The notes under the pieces: model-generated
The model's input: the letters and a program-made list of their open reading frames with translations, nothing else
What the model was told of the DNA's origin: nothing
Database searches by the model: none
Source of the DNA: Lama glama
Taxonomy: Eukaryota
Reading direction: 5' to 3'
Assembly (NCBI GenBank): GCA_028534125.1
Contig: CM052818.1
Span: 7,750,001 to 7,814,000 of the forward strand
DNA: 64,000 bases
Translations under genes and position numbers: made by a program
Shown: positions 40,101 to 53,575 of the stretch, in pieces
Layout: each line of letters starts with the position of its first letter
Position numbering within the stretch: position 1 is the stretch's first letter

Positions 40101-41904
40101 AAAGATAATGGAAATTCCCTCACAGTTGTACCACAGATGCAGATGTGGGATAGGAGACCCTTGAGATGTATTTTTCTCATCTGATTATAAGACACAAAAT
40201 GCCTACATAAAAGATACACTTGGAGAGTTTAACACTAAAATGATCTGTACTGGGCCCTACAACATTTAAGCCAAGATCCAAGAAGATGTACGCTGGGAGT
40301 TGGGGAGGAAGAAAGGGTGATGCTCAAAAAAGTGGTACTATTACCTATACCCTGTACTACGGTTTTCCCCAAGGAACTTGATTCTTTGGGACTGAACTGT
40401 CCCCTATTCTAGACACAGGGGCAGTGGTTACAGACCCTGGTCCAACACTATTACCTGGAGTCTCTCAAAGTCAATCATGGAATTGACATTAAAGTGGCCA
40501 CATACTTACCATTACTATTTCTCAAGTGAAATAATAAATAAGTAACCAGAATGGAATTAAGACTCACAGGCCTGTGGTCAGCTTCCTTAGTCACATTCCC
40601 TTCCTGAAATAAGGTTCCTGTATATAAAGGTATGTGGAGGCAGGTAGTCGGGGGAGGGCGGAAATTAAAGACTCTAATTCATCACAAAATCAAAAGGTAG
40701 AGAATTAGAGCTTTGGCAGTATTTGCTAAATTAGTATTAGTATATTTGCTTACATTGGTAATTCTATATATTAACATTCTAAAATTTTATGTCATGGAAA
40801 AGATGAGACTTTTTGGTATCCACCCCATGTCCCCAGGACCATTTCCTTAAACGCCAGTACTAATTTCCTTTTTGTGAAACACTTTTACATTCGGGATCTC
40901 ATGTTATCTTCACACACACACAAAACAAGTCTCTAATGGTTTTGCCATTAGCTGCTGACTACAGTTGGGAAATCTTCACATCATGTCAGATCCTTGCCTC
41001 CAGTAAGTCTTTCAAAACAATGTGCAGTGTTAGCTGCACAATATACTATGATTCACCTTCCAAAAAACAAACATATGAAAACCTGTGTATTTTCACTATG
41101 CACACAACTTCCTCAGAATGCCATATCATTTAAAGAGACACATTTTAATGTTTTCACACTGATAAAGTAAGAGTAAGAAAAGCTCTCAGTTATTCTATAA
41201 AGCAAAATGAAAAAGTCTGTTGAGCTAAATACCCACCGATGTGATATTCCTCATGCCATTTCTCTACCTAGATTAAACAAACAAAACAGAGTTGATCCTA
41301 TATAACTCTTCCCCATTCACAAATACACCTTCACCCTTTCGAGGACTTTAAAACAAGAACAATGGCAATCATAAATCAACCAGGGACCTTGTGTTCCTAT
41401 CTAAATAAAAAAAAATCTTATTTAGAGAACATTTTTCACATACACAATAATGCACTTTAGCATCACTAGAGGTCATGGCCAGCCAGATGATAACAGGTTT
41501 TAAGTTAGGATTCAAAAGAACCTGTCAGCCCCAAAATCTTCTTGAGTAGGCTCTGTACCTTCTCACCTCTTCTGTTTCCCATTCCTCTCCATCCTCAATA
41601 CATAAGCTCAAACATTAAACCTGACCAGGAATAACACTCTTATGGCCTCTCTGGAAAACAAGGAAGTGCTCAAATGAAGCTGTACATGCTGACTGGTCCC
41701 TCACTGCTAGTCTAAAACATTATCCTTAGTATATTTTTAAACAATTTTCTTTTATTTACGTAGTTAGATACCAAAGCAATCTTGATTATAACATTCACTT
41801 AATTAATAGTCATAAAATTGGGGTAAAGTATAGCATAACTCCATAAAGTGGGTTCTTCTTTTTAGCCATAATTCAATAAGCTAAGGACTCAATGGGCTTT
41901 TCAA

Positions 41905-42232
41905 AAAACACATGTGACAGAGAACAGACTGGTGGTGGCCAGAGGGGAGAGGGGAGCAAAATGGGTGAAGAGGATCAAGAAGTACAAATTTCCAGTTATA
42001 AAATAAATAACTCATGGGGATGTAAAGTAAAACATGGGGATGTAAAGTAAAACATGGGGATGTAAAGTAAAGCACGGGGAATACAGTCAATAATATAGTA
42101 TTAACTCTGTGTGGTGATAGATAATAACTAGACCTGCTGTGATCATTTAGTAATATATACAAATGTCAAATCACTATGTTGTATACCTGAAACTAAATAA
42201 TATTATATGTTAATTATACTTCAATAAATAAA
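41905..42232 (+). mobile_element. L1 3' end (L1MA9/laurasiatherian type) with an internal 20-bp triplication
   Basis: gacagagaacagactggtggtggccagagggg...tgtatacctgaaactaa...aattatacttcaataaa. Confidence 0.85.
42013..42080 (+). repeat. Tandem repeat CATGGGGATGTAAAGTAAAA x~3.4
   Basis: Units start at 42013, 42033 and 42053, with a partial unit at 42073. Confidence 0.9.
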
Positions 42233-42487
42233 CAAATCATATATACATACACACACTGACAGAGCTAAAAGAAGTATGCAACACAGTAGGCAAGTGTAAT
42301 CAAACTTGATAACACAAAATTTCAGTGTCTATTTAGGCGTATATCCTCCAATCTAGTAGTTATGAAAAAGCAGTTTTACCTGAAAAGTAATCATCTGAAT
42401 TGAAAAAGTCTTTTGAGATCAGTATTCTGAGGACCAAAGAAGTCAAGAAAACTACTGAAGATCATCTGAAAATAAATACACTAAAAT

Positions 42488-42640
42488 GGGGTCAATAAAC
42501 TTTTTCCGAAAAGGGCCAGAAAGGAACTATGTTGGGGTTTTTAGGCCACATGGTCTTGCTTGCAACTATTCAACAGCTGTAGACAATATGTAAATGAATA
42601 TATGTTCTGATAAAACTTTATTTAGAAAACAAGGTGGCCA
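42488..42640. mobile_element. MER58 (hAT-Charlie) fragment
   Basis: ggggtcaataaactttttccgaaaagggccaga...gtagacaatatgtaaatgaat...ataaaactttattt. Confidence 0.7.
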
Positions 42641-45398
42641 ACTCTTACACAAAAATATAGATTCTTTGTTATGACAATGTGCACACCTTTGATGCAAGGT
42701 TCACTTGAGAAATGTCACTCTAAATGACTATTCCCTCTCTTTATTCTCTTAACAGAAATTTTTCTATTACCTGCATTTAAAAAATAAAAACCTACGTTTA
42801 CTGAAGAATGTTGTGTTTTGAAAGGAAAACTGATCTCTATATAATCTCTATAACTAGAGACCTCTATAACCTGTGGGTGCAGAGGGGGAGGGTGGGGAGG
42901 GAGGGAGCTGGAGGAATATAAGGGAAGAAAGGTGAATTAACACTAATCATGATTTGTAGTCTCAGAACTATTTACAAAAACTGTTAACATACAGAATATA
43001 AGACACATCTGTGCCCTCAAGAAGCCCGTGGTTAAAAGAGCAAACTTATTTTTGCCTCTGCACTCTGCATTTCAAAACCTTCAACATTAGGGGCACATGG
43101 GATTATAAACACATTTTTTAAAAGATGCTCAAAACCTAGGCTTCAAAATAGAAACATATTTTAATGATGACATACTTTTATAAACAGAAAAATACTTCAT
43201 CAAATCAATTATATATAGAATTTCATTTTCTATTTGTATTCTTTTTTTTTTTTCCTGTATCAATTCAGCATTCCTATCAGTAACTATCAGGGGATTTGTC
43301 AGGACCTTGTTGGAAATGGTGGTGCTGAATTGGAAAAATCCACAGTAGTTCTGATTCCTCTACTCCCTTCCTTTCCTACTCTCCAATCCCCACTCCAAGA
43401 AATCCTACCATATATATATCATAATCTTCTCTCAAAACACACAAAGGCAGATTTCTCCTTTGGCAAAGTAAATTCTTGAATCTTAAAATATATTGAAAGT
43501 AACAAATCTGTGTGCCTTCCTTCAAGGTAGGCTCTATCATCAAAAGGTTAAGTTTGCTAGGAGAAAAAAAATTCGTATGTCTGCAAGAATTAAGAAGAAA
43601 ATCATACCTTTATACCCAGGTCTGTTATTAATTAGAAGAGTGAGGTTATTTCAACTAGGAATAAATTCCTAGCCAACATTATTAAGTATTTAAAGTGGGG
43701 TAATACACAACACCTAAATTTTTTATTATAGTTTTCGGCCTGCTCCTAAACATTATTTTTTTAATCTGACTGAATTTACAACTAGTTCCTTTTTTAAATT
43801 ACATACCACTCCAGAAGATTTCTCCTATTAATTTTTCAGGAGAAAATATTAACCGTACCATTTAAAAACAGAAAAATAAATCACAATACATTCACTAGGG
43901 CCAAGGAAATCAAAGACTAAAATAGAAGACCCTAAAAAAAATGCACACTGCAATTGACAAGCATTATAGACAAGATGAATTTTAAGTTCAACACTTCAAA
44001 GTGAATGCTTAGGTAGGATTTTTTTTTTTGCCTGATAATTTTCTTTTTTACCATGAACATGTAATTTATAATTTTTGAAAGTTTAAGAGCTGAAAGACAT
44101 TTTTCACATATAGGAATAAAAGTATTCCTCATCAGAAACTAAGACTTTTTTATCAGAAAAAAGTATGAGGGACTCCATCAGCTTAAGCCACCAGAGACAG
44201 TGTATAAATGAATGCATGCAGTTACATTCCAGTAAGACTTTACAAACAAAAGCAGTGCTGTAGCTTTTAGGCAGTAGCTTGCCAAACTCCTGCTCAAAAC
44301 ACTCCTGTTTTCAAACTAATATTAGATTATCTAAGATTATAGATACATAAGAGATAAACTATCTATTCCACTCTATCGATTCTTTTCCACCTGTAGTGAA
44401 AAGTGCTACAAGCAACAGAGATCAAAACTGCTGACAGGAAAGGTAAGAAAGGTCAGTGTGTTAACAAAACCTGTCCCTGAAATAATCACTTCACTTAGAT
44501 CAATCATTCAACTCAGGACAAATGTTTTCCTGGCCTCAAAGACTAGTAGAAGACAGTGCATGAATACAAACAACTACTACGAACAAACAACTACTACTAA
44601 TCAGGCTGGCTAAGTACCACATCAGGATAGAAATAACCATAAACATCTGCAAAATGTTTCACAGTTTAATGTGTCTCCGTGTTTCTGAATAGAGTCTCAT
44701 AACAACCCTGTGAGTGCAAAAAGCACTTGGTGTTTTTCTCATTTTACACAAAGCTCAAAATCAGTAGAGCTACGATAGGAACCTCTGATGCTACTGTACT
44801 ACTCTTCAGTGCAGCACTCTGCCAGGGGTTAATGCCAGAGATGGAGGCATTTGGACTAAGCCTCAAAGAATGAGCAGGATTTTGACAGGTGATGAGATCA
44901 TGGCATTCCAAGGAAACAATATACACAGAAGTCTAAAAGCAGGGAAATACCATGTGTGTGAAGGGAATGCTAGGATGGGTCAAGTAAGGCAGACAAGAGA
45001 AATACGGCTATAAAGATGGGCAGAAAGCATAGAGAGAGCTTTAAGTAGCTGACAATGTCTGTACATGACCCTACAGGCAATGAGAAATCAGACAGTTTAG
45101 AGATAAAAAGGAAGAACAGAACATAACGAAGCTCTTGCCTGCGTCTGAGCAAAAGAACTGTCTCACATTCAAGGAAGTTAAGTTATGAGGTAGTGTTACA
45201 GGGAGATTAGACTTCCATAAGTCCTCTGCAGGACTGGATCGATGGGCCTAACAGAAGGGAAAGCAGTAGATGGCCAATTCTGTAGTTTCAATGTCTGGAG
45301 TGATGGTTCCTAACAGGCACCCTACAGTACCCTACCCGCAAAGCTAAAACAGTGTCCAATATGACCTTAAAATTTCCCACATTTTATCCAAAACTTAC

Positions 45399-45506
45399 TG
45401 AATCTTCTGGAGGTCTTTGGATTTTCCCCCAATCCACAGAAGGTCCCTTTTCTTGCAAAAATCTATGAAATAGCTTCCGAAATCCATCAAGGTCTTTTTT
45501 AGTGTG
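45399..45506 (-). CDS. UGP2: UGP2 exon 3
   Basis: 108 nt encoding HTKKDLDGFRKLFHRFLQEKGPSVDWGKIQRPPEDS. AG acceptor, gtaagt donor. Confidence 0.97.
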
Positions 45507-46324
45507 CTGTGAGAACAGAAGTCATTGTTATAACTGCTTAATATTTGATTTTTTAAAAATACACATACATTTAAAATATCTTTCAGTGAAATTCTTATAT
45601 CTTTAGAATATCGAGTAGAACAGAGAATTTTATACCCCAATTTAAAACTAAAGAGGAAGAAAAGCTAATAGGGACCATACTTAAAGGAATACAAACAATC
45701 TCCCCATCTCCCACCAGCATCACATAATCTGAACACCATCTGGTCCATGGGAATTCCAACTGGTTCTCTACATTCACTCAACAATGTATTTCTCTCCTCC
45801 TTTTAACTGAAAATTAATCTTCACCAAAAAAACAAAAAGAAACAAAAAACAGGTAACCTCAATACACTGAGTACATATTAAAATTTGAAAATGAAAAGGA
45901 TAATCTACTGATTTACAAGTAGAAAAGTAAACATCTACGTATTCTGGGAAGCCTCTATCAGAGTAGCACAGACAGTTCTATTCGAATTTGCTCTTTGGAA
46001 AAGGCATGTAGAATATAAGGCTGATAAATTAACTTCTCACAATTTTAACTGAACACTTGTATCCATTTCTCCACCCAGTGAAGTCAAAACAGAATAAATT
46101 GTAATTTTGTTCTGATTCTTTTAGACTTTAGAAACTTCTAGAATAAAAAAAAAAGGACAATGGTTTTATAGTGGGCAAATGTTGAAAATGCTTAATTATT
46201 AAGCAATTCTAATTTTTAAAATGTATCATTACACCTTATGCTATTTCAGGCCGGATGATCAGTAGCAGCAATAACAACTTGGCATGTAGATGTATGAAAG
46301 CAAAAAATAGTGTATGGTCCTTAC

Positions 46325-46452
46325 CTCAAACTCATGTGATGGTGCTGTGGTGAGTATCTTTTCCAGTTCCTTTTTCACAGATAATTCTAACTCTTGTCGA
46401 ATGACTTCTTGGAACTGAGAAGCGCCATCTTGAGACATTGCTTTGCTAAGAT
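46325..46452 (-). CDS. UGP2: UGP2 exon 2 (contains the short-isoform ATG at 46438-46436)
   Basis: 128 nt encoding (D)LSKAMSQDGASQFQEVIRQELELSVKKELEKILTTAPSHEFE. Acceptor ttttaag, donor gtaagg. Confidence 0.97.
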
Positions 46453-49400
46453 CTTAAAACAAAAATACAAAACCACAAACTGAAAACTCAGCCAGCCATT
46501 CAAACAGCTGGTAAGCCACAACCGATTTATTTCTGGTGTGCCAGCAAATGAAAAGGCTCTGTCCTCTGGTCCCATCATCCTGCAGCAGGATTTCAGCAGT
46601 CTCAACTAGCTGGGACCAGATAATCAAATAGGCTCAAATCTGACTGTCTGCTACATCTATATGCTTTACTAGTATATTATTACAATACTAAACACTGGGG
46701 GGAGATGGGGGTGGGTGGAAGTAAAAGGATTACTCTTCATTTGAGCATATAGTTCCATCTCTACTAATGTTTCCCTCCTAGACATCAAAGCTGGGGAAAA
46801 AAAGAGAACAATTGGAATACTGTTAATAAGGGCATGTTTCACGGTATATGCCCTTATGGAACTGCTGCGTCATAAGAAAACTGAAGGGATTTGGCAACTG
46901 AAGCAGAAGACTCCTCTCTCCTCCAGGCCAGACAAAAAAATTAAGGAATTCTTTCCATTTTAGAAAAGGAGCCACACCAGTTCATATTCCTCACGAAAGA
47001 AGAACCCCTTGAGAGACAGTGGCAGTTCCAAAGTGCGTCTACTTTCCAGGCACTTTGCATTTTCATTTTAAGGAAAAGAGCACAGCGTCATCTCCCTGCT
47101 TCTGGTCCCCAATTTCAGCCAAGACTTTTCAATGCTTATCTGTGTTGGACAAGACTATCAGGACTTCTGGCACAGTTGGGCACCTCTGTGACAGATAAAC
47201 CTCACTAAAAGTGACAGAAATGTCTGTTAGGTGGAAACAAAAATAGAAACATACAGAAAAATAAAGCATCCCAGGCCCAAGTACCTTGGGGGGGAAACGC
47301 CAACACAGGTTGTTTTAACACACTTTGTCATCTAGGCAGCAATTACCCTGTCTCCTTCTTATAAAATAAAGAACAATCAGATTATTGTTCACCCTCCCTT
47401 ATCTTCAATACATAACTCAATTTTATAAATGTATTTTTGAAGCTTATGTTCAAACATTTCATTTGATAGGTAATTAGTTCTACAAATGTTGGTTAATTTA
47501 GCAAAATCATATTTCAATATAGCTAGAAACACTCCCTTATATCATAAATTCCTTCATTTGTTGTCTTCATTGTTATGGGTAGAAGGAAACAAAGACAGAA
47601 TTAAAAGTTATAATCAATATTTTTAAGATGTTTCTGAGGGCAGAAATGAGTCAATTACTTTAAAAATTGGTAAATATGTAACTCCTGAGGCAATTTATTT
47701 AATGTAGACAGACTCTTCCAAACATCTAAAAATGCTAACAAATGAGACATTTAACATAGCTCTTCAAAAAAAAATTTATAGTTTCCATCATATTGAAATC
47801 CAACAGGAAAAAAGAGAATTTGGTGAAAGCACACAATCTAATCTAAACCTAAAATAGTTTTCTAACTATGCTCTTTTTAAAGGCAAAGTTTATGGATTCC
47901 AGTAAAACTACCAAAATGACCCAAACTGTGGTTCATAAATAACTTCTTTGTGAGCTAAGAAACAAAAGAAACACTTATGTTCATGTTCCATAAACAACCT
48001 GAAGATATAGTTTCAACTAGTAAGTAGCAATTTGATTATAATCTGTGAAAAATGATGACAATGGATGAGCATGTTGGCGTAACTGTAACAGGTAATTAAA
48101 AATTCCTACAGAACATTTTAAACTAGACATCAAACATACATGCCATCCCTTGGCTAACAGCTTTAATTTAAAATTTGTCACAGGTTAAGTCCCACACCCT
48201 GTCACCCCATGTATAACTGTGATAACTCTCCCCCGATCTTTAAGCCAATTCCCATATTAATGTTTAGGAAGTAATCTGGCAGAAAAATATACTAACTCAA
48301 ACCTCGAACACATGAATTGTTTGATTCTCTGTGACACAGATGGATAAAAATACATCAAGAAAAAACTATATAATGACTTTAAAATAAATTTTTTCTTAGA
48401 ATCAAAAAGATCTGTAAGATTTGCTGCTTTGTTGTTGAAGTTAGATCCTTAAGGCCAGCATGCACGGTCACATTCCTACAAAACAGTGATGAACTTATAT
48501 TCTGGGCAAATACCAAAAGTGAGATAAAACTAAATGAAACTACAAAGTTTCAGAATAACTACAGTAACTGTCTGAGACATGAGAACAGTTCAAAAAAAGT
48601 CCAATCTTTAGACTCCCTCTGCAGAACAACAGCCTATCAATGTACAATTTAAGGTCAAAATGCACAGAACCCATGTCACTAACCTCTCTACGAAGACAAG
48701 CAAAGAAAGACTGCCTAAAAGATTCACATTTAGTACTACATGAGATCTTTGCCAGCTGCGGCAGGTCTAACCTTCAAACACAAATTCAAAAAGAACTCAG
48801 ACACAGATTCAGACTGAAGTTGTGACAATATTCCTAAACTTTATTCCTCTCATTCATCTGATACAGCACCAAATGCAAATGAAGAACAATCTGTATTCCT
48901 TCTATCCCTCTACAAATTGAACAGCTTTTACAACAAAAGAACGTTCCTTCCAACAAGCTTCTTCCATCCTTTCCATTGCTGGTTCCTTCCACTTCCCCTG
49001 GGCAAAGTGCTACTGTGAAGTTCTGATTTTAAGTGATTAAAGAATAAGGAAGGGTTTTTAAGGAATAAAGAATTTTCAAGAATAACGAAGTATGCTTAAT
49101 CAAGAAAAGAGTCTATCTTAAGCACCTGCAGAGACTAGAAAGCACAGTGCTAGAAACCATTTCCCTTTACAGTGACCTTCTTTATCCATCCTGAATTTTT
49201 TAAGAAAAGTCTGGAATTTCTGATAGGAAAAGAAGTACAGAACTTAGAAGCTTTCTCGGACTTAATGTTCTCAAGTTACACTTCTGGCAATGGCAGCTGT
49301 GTTTCTAATGGAAGGTCAATTAAAGAATCCATTGAATAAGGCAAGATTTCTAACCTCCTAAGATGGTCTGTCCCTCCTCATTTCCTAGCAATAGAGAATT

Positions 49401-49489
49401 GATTCCCCTCTAATTTACACAGTGTTTTAGGAATCAAACATTTCATTACCTCAGTCATAAATCAAAACATTTTTCGAGATGAGAGGGAG

Positions 49490-49615
49490 CATTTCATCTA
49501 CCCTCAACATTTTACAGATGAAGAAACTGAGGCTGAAAAGTTAAATGACCTACCCAAGGTCACAGAAGCAGGCTAATGCTGGAAGCAAAGCCAATTTATT
49601 CTGAGTCCAATTCCA
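49490..49615 (-). mobile_element. MIR SINE
   Basis: cattttacagatgaagaaactgaggctgaaaagttaaatgacctacccaaggtcacag. Confidence 0.85.
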
Positions 49616-50559
49616 CCTCAGTGAGGTAGAAATATCCTGCTCATTTCTGCCTCCTATCTGGCTCTCTTTAATCTTTGGCACAAAAGCATTCTCATCAGAA
49701 TGTATTCTTATGCCCAATGGAACAGACAGAAAACTCCCTACCACACATAAAACTGGCTTTATTAGAATTGTCTTAGTTGATTTAATTACAATTTAGTCAA
49801 TTTGGGATAGAACAGGCAGTAGCTTTTGTTTTTTTTTAAGAAGTTTTTTCCCCTACGCCAACTTCTTAACTCCTTCCTAGTCACAAGAAATAAAATTTCA
49901 ACATCATGGAATTTCCCCTATCCAACTGGAGCCAAAAAAGGGGAGAATGGAGGAGAGGAGGAAGAAAACAATAGAATCAGGAAGTAGGAGACATTCAATC
50001 TAACACGTGACTGCTTTCATTTCTTAATTCAGGGTATTTCATTTTATCCTTTTTAGCAACTGAGAAGTATACATAACACCCTTCCTGACACCCTGACACT
50101 GGCACAAATAAAACAACATTCCAGAGTAGAAAGCCAGCCTCACGATGTGTAGGCCAGAGAGAACACCGAGCGCAGCAAATCTGGGGGGAGTCCCCCCAGG
50201 CCGACTCCCACCACTCATGAGATCTCATCAGTCTCAACCTTCCTTGGAAACCCAAACTGACAGGTAACCGAAGTCAAAGGATTGGAGATCTCACTTAATC
50301 TTAAACCAGGAAATGACTTGTGACCCAATTAAGTATAAAACTCTAAGAGCATAGCAGCAACTGGAAATAACCATGAATAAAGCTGAGGACATATGCTGAC
50401 CAGATTTATGACAAACTAAGACTAACCAGCCTCTCCTGGGCTCTTACTGCGGTCCTTTAAACTCAGTTATTTGTGAACAGTCCTCCTAGAAAAGCTCTTC
50501 TTTGTATTCAATGACCCAATATTACCCTATGTCTAACCATGCCTCAGTTTCCATAACAG

Positions 50560-51190
50560 AATACTCCATTCTTCTCCTACTCTTTGGATTCCTAAGATTC
50601 TGTCCCCAGACCATTTCCCCCCTCAATTATTCCCTTATCAGTCTCCTTACTGGTAACTCCCAAATGTGTGTCTCTCATCCTGATCTTTTTTCCTGAGCAC
50701 CAGGCTCATATTCCCTACCACCTTCTAGACCTTTTGCACATGGGTACCTAGCTGGGTACTTCAAACTCGACATGCCCAAAACAAAACTCACCATCTAAAC
50801 TAAATTCATCTTGCTGCCTGCTCCTCCCTTTCCCACCCCCCACAGTATTAACATTCTCCTAGTCACTCCTAGGTGACCTAGAAATCTCAGTCACAGTTGG
50901 CTCTTCCCTCCTTTGCCCTCACATTACATCCACTCCAACACCAAACCTCTTAACTGAATCGCCATTACATTCATTGCTTTCCATTACCACTGCTGCTACC
51001 TTAATTTCCCTCTCATTTTCACTCTCCTGGTCATGACGACAACAGCTTTCTAACTAGTTGGCCCACCTCTCACTCTACCTGGTGGTACCAAGCAGAATGG
51101 ACTGGTTCCCCTAAACTGCAACTCCAATCATATTTCTTCTCTTCCTCATTTGATGGGAAGCAAATACAAATTCCTTAGCCAGGCACATCT
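50560..51190 (+). mobile_element. L2 fragment
   Basis: tcaaactcgacatgcccaaaacaaaactcaccatc; agaaatctcagtcacagttggctcttccctc. Confidence 0.65.
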
Positions 51191-51293
51191 TAAAAACCAA
51201 GCTTAAGCACTTCTTGAGTAGCCAAAGCTCATGAAAGTGCTAAAGCAGAATGCCTGAAGGCGGCAAGTTCCTACTCTATTTGTGACTTTTCAA

Positions 51294-51450
51294 AAGTGTT
51301 TCTAAAACTTAATATGCATACAAATCTCCTCGAGGGCTTGTTTAAAACTCAGATTCCTAGGCAGCTCCTAGAGATTCTGACTCAGTGGGTCCGAAGTGAG
51401 AAGAATATGCATTTCTTATAAGTGAATGCTTCTAGTATTGCCTTGAGTAG
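51294..51450. mobile_element. MER5A-like hAT MITE
   Basis: gtgtttctaaaacttaatatgcatacaaatctcct...cagattcctagg...agagattctgactcagtggg. Confidence 0.7.
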
Positions 51451-51484
51451 CTCTGATATAGATTATACTCCATTTGTCTGTACA

Positions 51485-52000
51485 TGTTAGTAGCAGCCAC
51501 ACACATTCTTCTTCCAACCCCTATGCTATTCTGTCACCTATTCTCCACCCAAGCACATGTGCTTCAGAGATGGTATCAGGCCCAGATTAGCCTAAGCCTT
51601 CCCAGGGATTGGTTTAAATGGGAAACATAATAGATTCTACCAGTGAGCAACAAGGGTATAGTTTGCCAAAGGACTTTGGAGAAAGGCGTTTGTCACTGAA
51701 AAGAGACACATGAGAAGAAATAGTACCTTTTCCCTGGAATATAATGAGTATGTGTCCACCCCTCACCTTCAGTTTCTTCTGCCATCTGGTGACCTTGAAG
51801 GAAGCTGACCCAAGAATAAGGCATATATGCTTAAGAGAGCAGAGCAGAAGGAAGAAAAGGCTGATGCAGTCTTTGTACTGAATTAATCAACCCTGGAATA
51901 TCTTACTTCAAGAATCATGTGATACAAGTCCCTCAGTTTTTAAGCTAACTGAGCCAGTATTTTTCTGCTCCATGAAATTAAAAGCATCCTAACTAATAAG
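51485..52000 (+). mobile_element. MLT1K/L-like MaLR solo LTR
   Basis: agggattggttt, gccatctggtgaccttgaaggaag, and the terminal aaagcatcctaactaata. Confidence 0.7.
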
Positions 52001-53451
52001 ATTATTCCAAAACATATTATCTCAAGTGTCATCCAACACTTTTAGAGAAAGGCAGGCAGAAATGAGAAGAAAATAGAAATTAATGGCCCAGTTGTGAATT
52101 CCAAAATCATGAGAATCATTCAATACCTTAGCCTCCAAACGCTCAAATTCGAGATTGAATAGCACCTGCTATTGTGGGGGTGGCACTCCTAGTGTTCTAG
52201 GTGACAGACATTCAAAGACTTCCTTTCTATCACAAATCTGTTATATGGAAGGTTTAATCACTCCTGCCTTTGTACTATATCAAACACCCTAAAACTTTAA
52301 TTCTTTGCTTAGATGTCTGTCTGCAACAATTTAAGGGCACAGCCATATAATGTTATTCAACTTTCTTTTTCCGACATCTATCTCAACACCTGGCACAGTA
52401 CAGGTACCCGACTGATAATGTGTAAATAAACTAGAGATCAAGACTTAACTTCTCATAGCAGTGGTTTGACCGGCCACTAATCCATCAATTGTCAGAGTTC
52501 AGTTTAAATGTGTCTCCTAGAAATCTTTCTAAACTACACAAGGTTGCCCATTACATGCTCACATGGTAGATCCTTGGAACTTCCTTTCATAATACTTTCT
52601 AAAATTTATGAAATGTATATCTTACCCAACAATACCCGAGAATATATCATGACTATTTTGCTCATTCCTGTATTCCCAATGTGTTCACAAAACAGAGCTT
52701 GGGACACAGCAGATACTCAAGCAATGTTTATTTCATCAATGAGTAAGAGCCTGTTAATGACACAGCTACACGCTGGGTATAGATAAAGCAGGTAGAGTTC
52801 AGTCTAGTGGAGTTAGTATCTGATAAGGTCAAAGAGTAAGCGTTCAAGAGCCATGACTTCTGGTCATGGAGAAGCAAGGCTAAGAAAACTATGGACTGTG
52901 TCTTCAGTACTTGAAGTCTCTAAGGCTTCTTAAATAGAGGCTCATTAATCAGTCAAGTATCAGGGATGCGGTCAAAGAAATTCCAAACTGGTAGGCAGTC
53001 TGGGCAAAATGACCTCTAAATTTCCTTTCAATTTATATTATCCTGTATAAATGTCAGCATAATGTTTTCATTAACTTTTGAGATGAAACAAAACTGGGTA
53101 ATGTATATATTTAAATTTAGCTTAATTAAGGAAAAATATGGAAAAATAAAGTTGCTGTCATTCAATCAAAGAAAAATCAATTAGTTGCTCTTATACAATT
53201 TTATGTGATCTTTCAGTATTAAAGCCAATATTGACTATTCATTATTTTAGATTGTAAACTATAGTATGGCTGTTTACATTTACAGAGACTTTTAAATGAC
53301 TCAGCCATGAACATTGTAACACCTGCACAGGTAACAGCCATATGAATGCTTAATAAATGATTTTTGATTAACAAAAATAAAAAGGTACCAGACTTCTGAG
53401 AACTGTTCCAGCACTGAATATGCAGAGCTACTTGAGAATCAAGATTTTTAA

Positions 53452-53575
53452 ATTAGGAGTTTGGGGTCAGCAGATACAAACTACTATATGTAAAATAAAC
53501 AACAAAGTCCTACCATATAGCACAGGGAACTATATTCAATATCCTGTAATAAACCATAATGGAAAAGAAAAAAAT
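53452..53575 (+). mobile_element. Cetartiodactyl-type L1 3' UTR fragment
   Basis: aggagtttggggtcagcagatacaaactactatat...tatagcacagggaactatattcaatatcctgtaataaacc. Confidence 0.8.
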
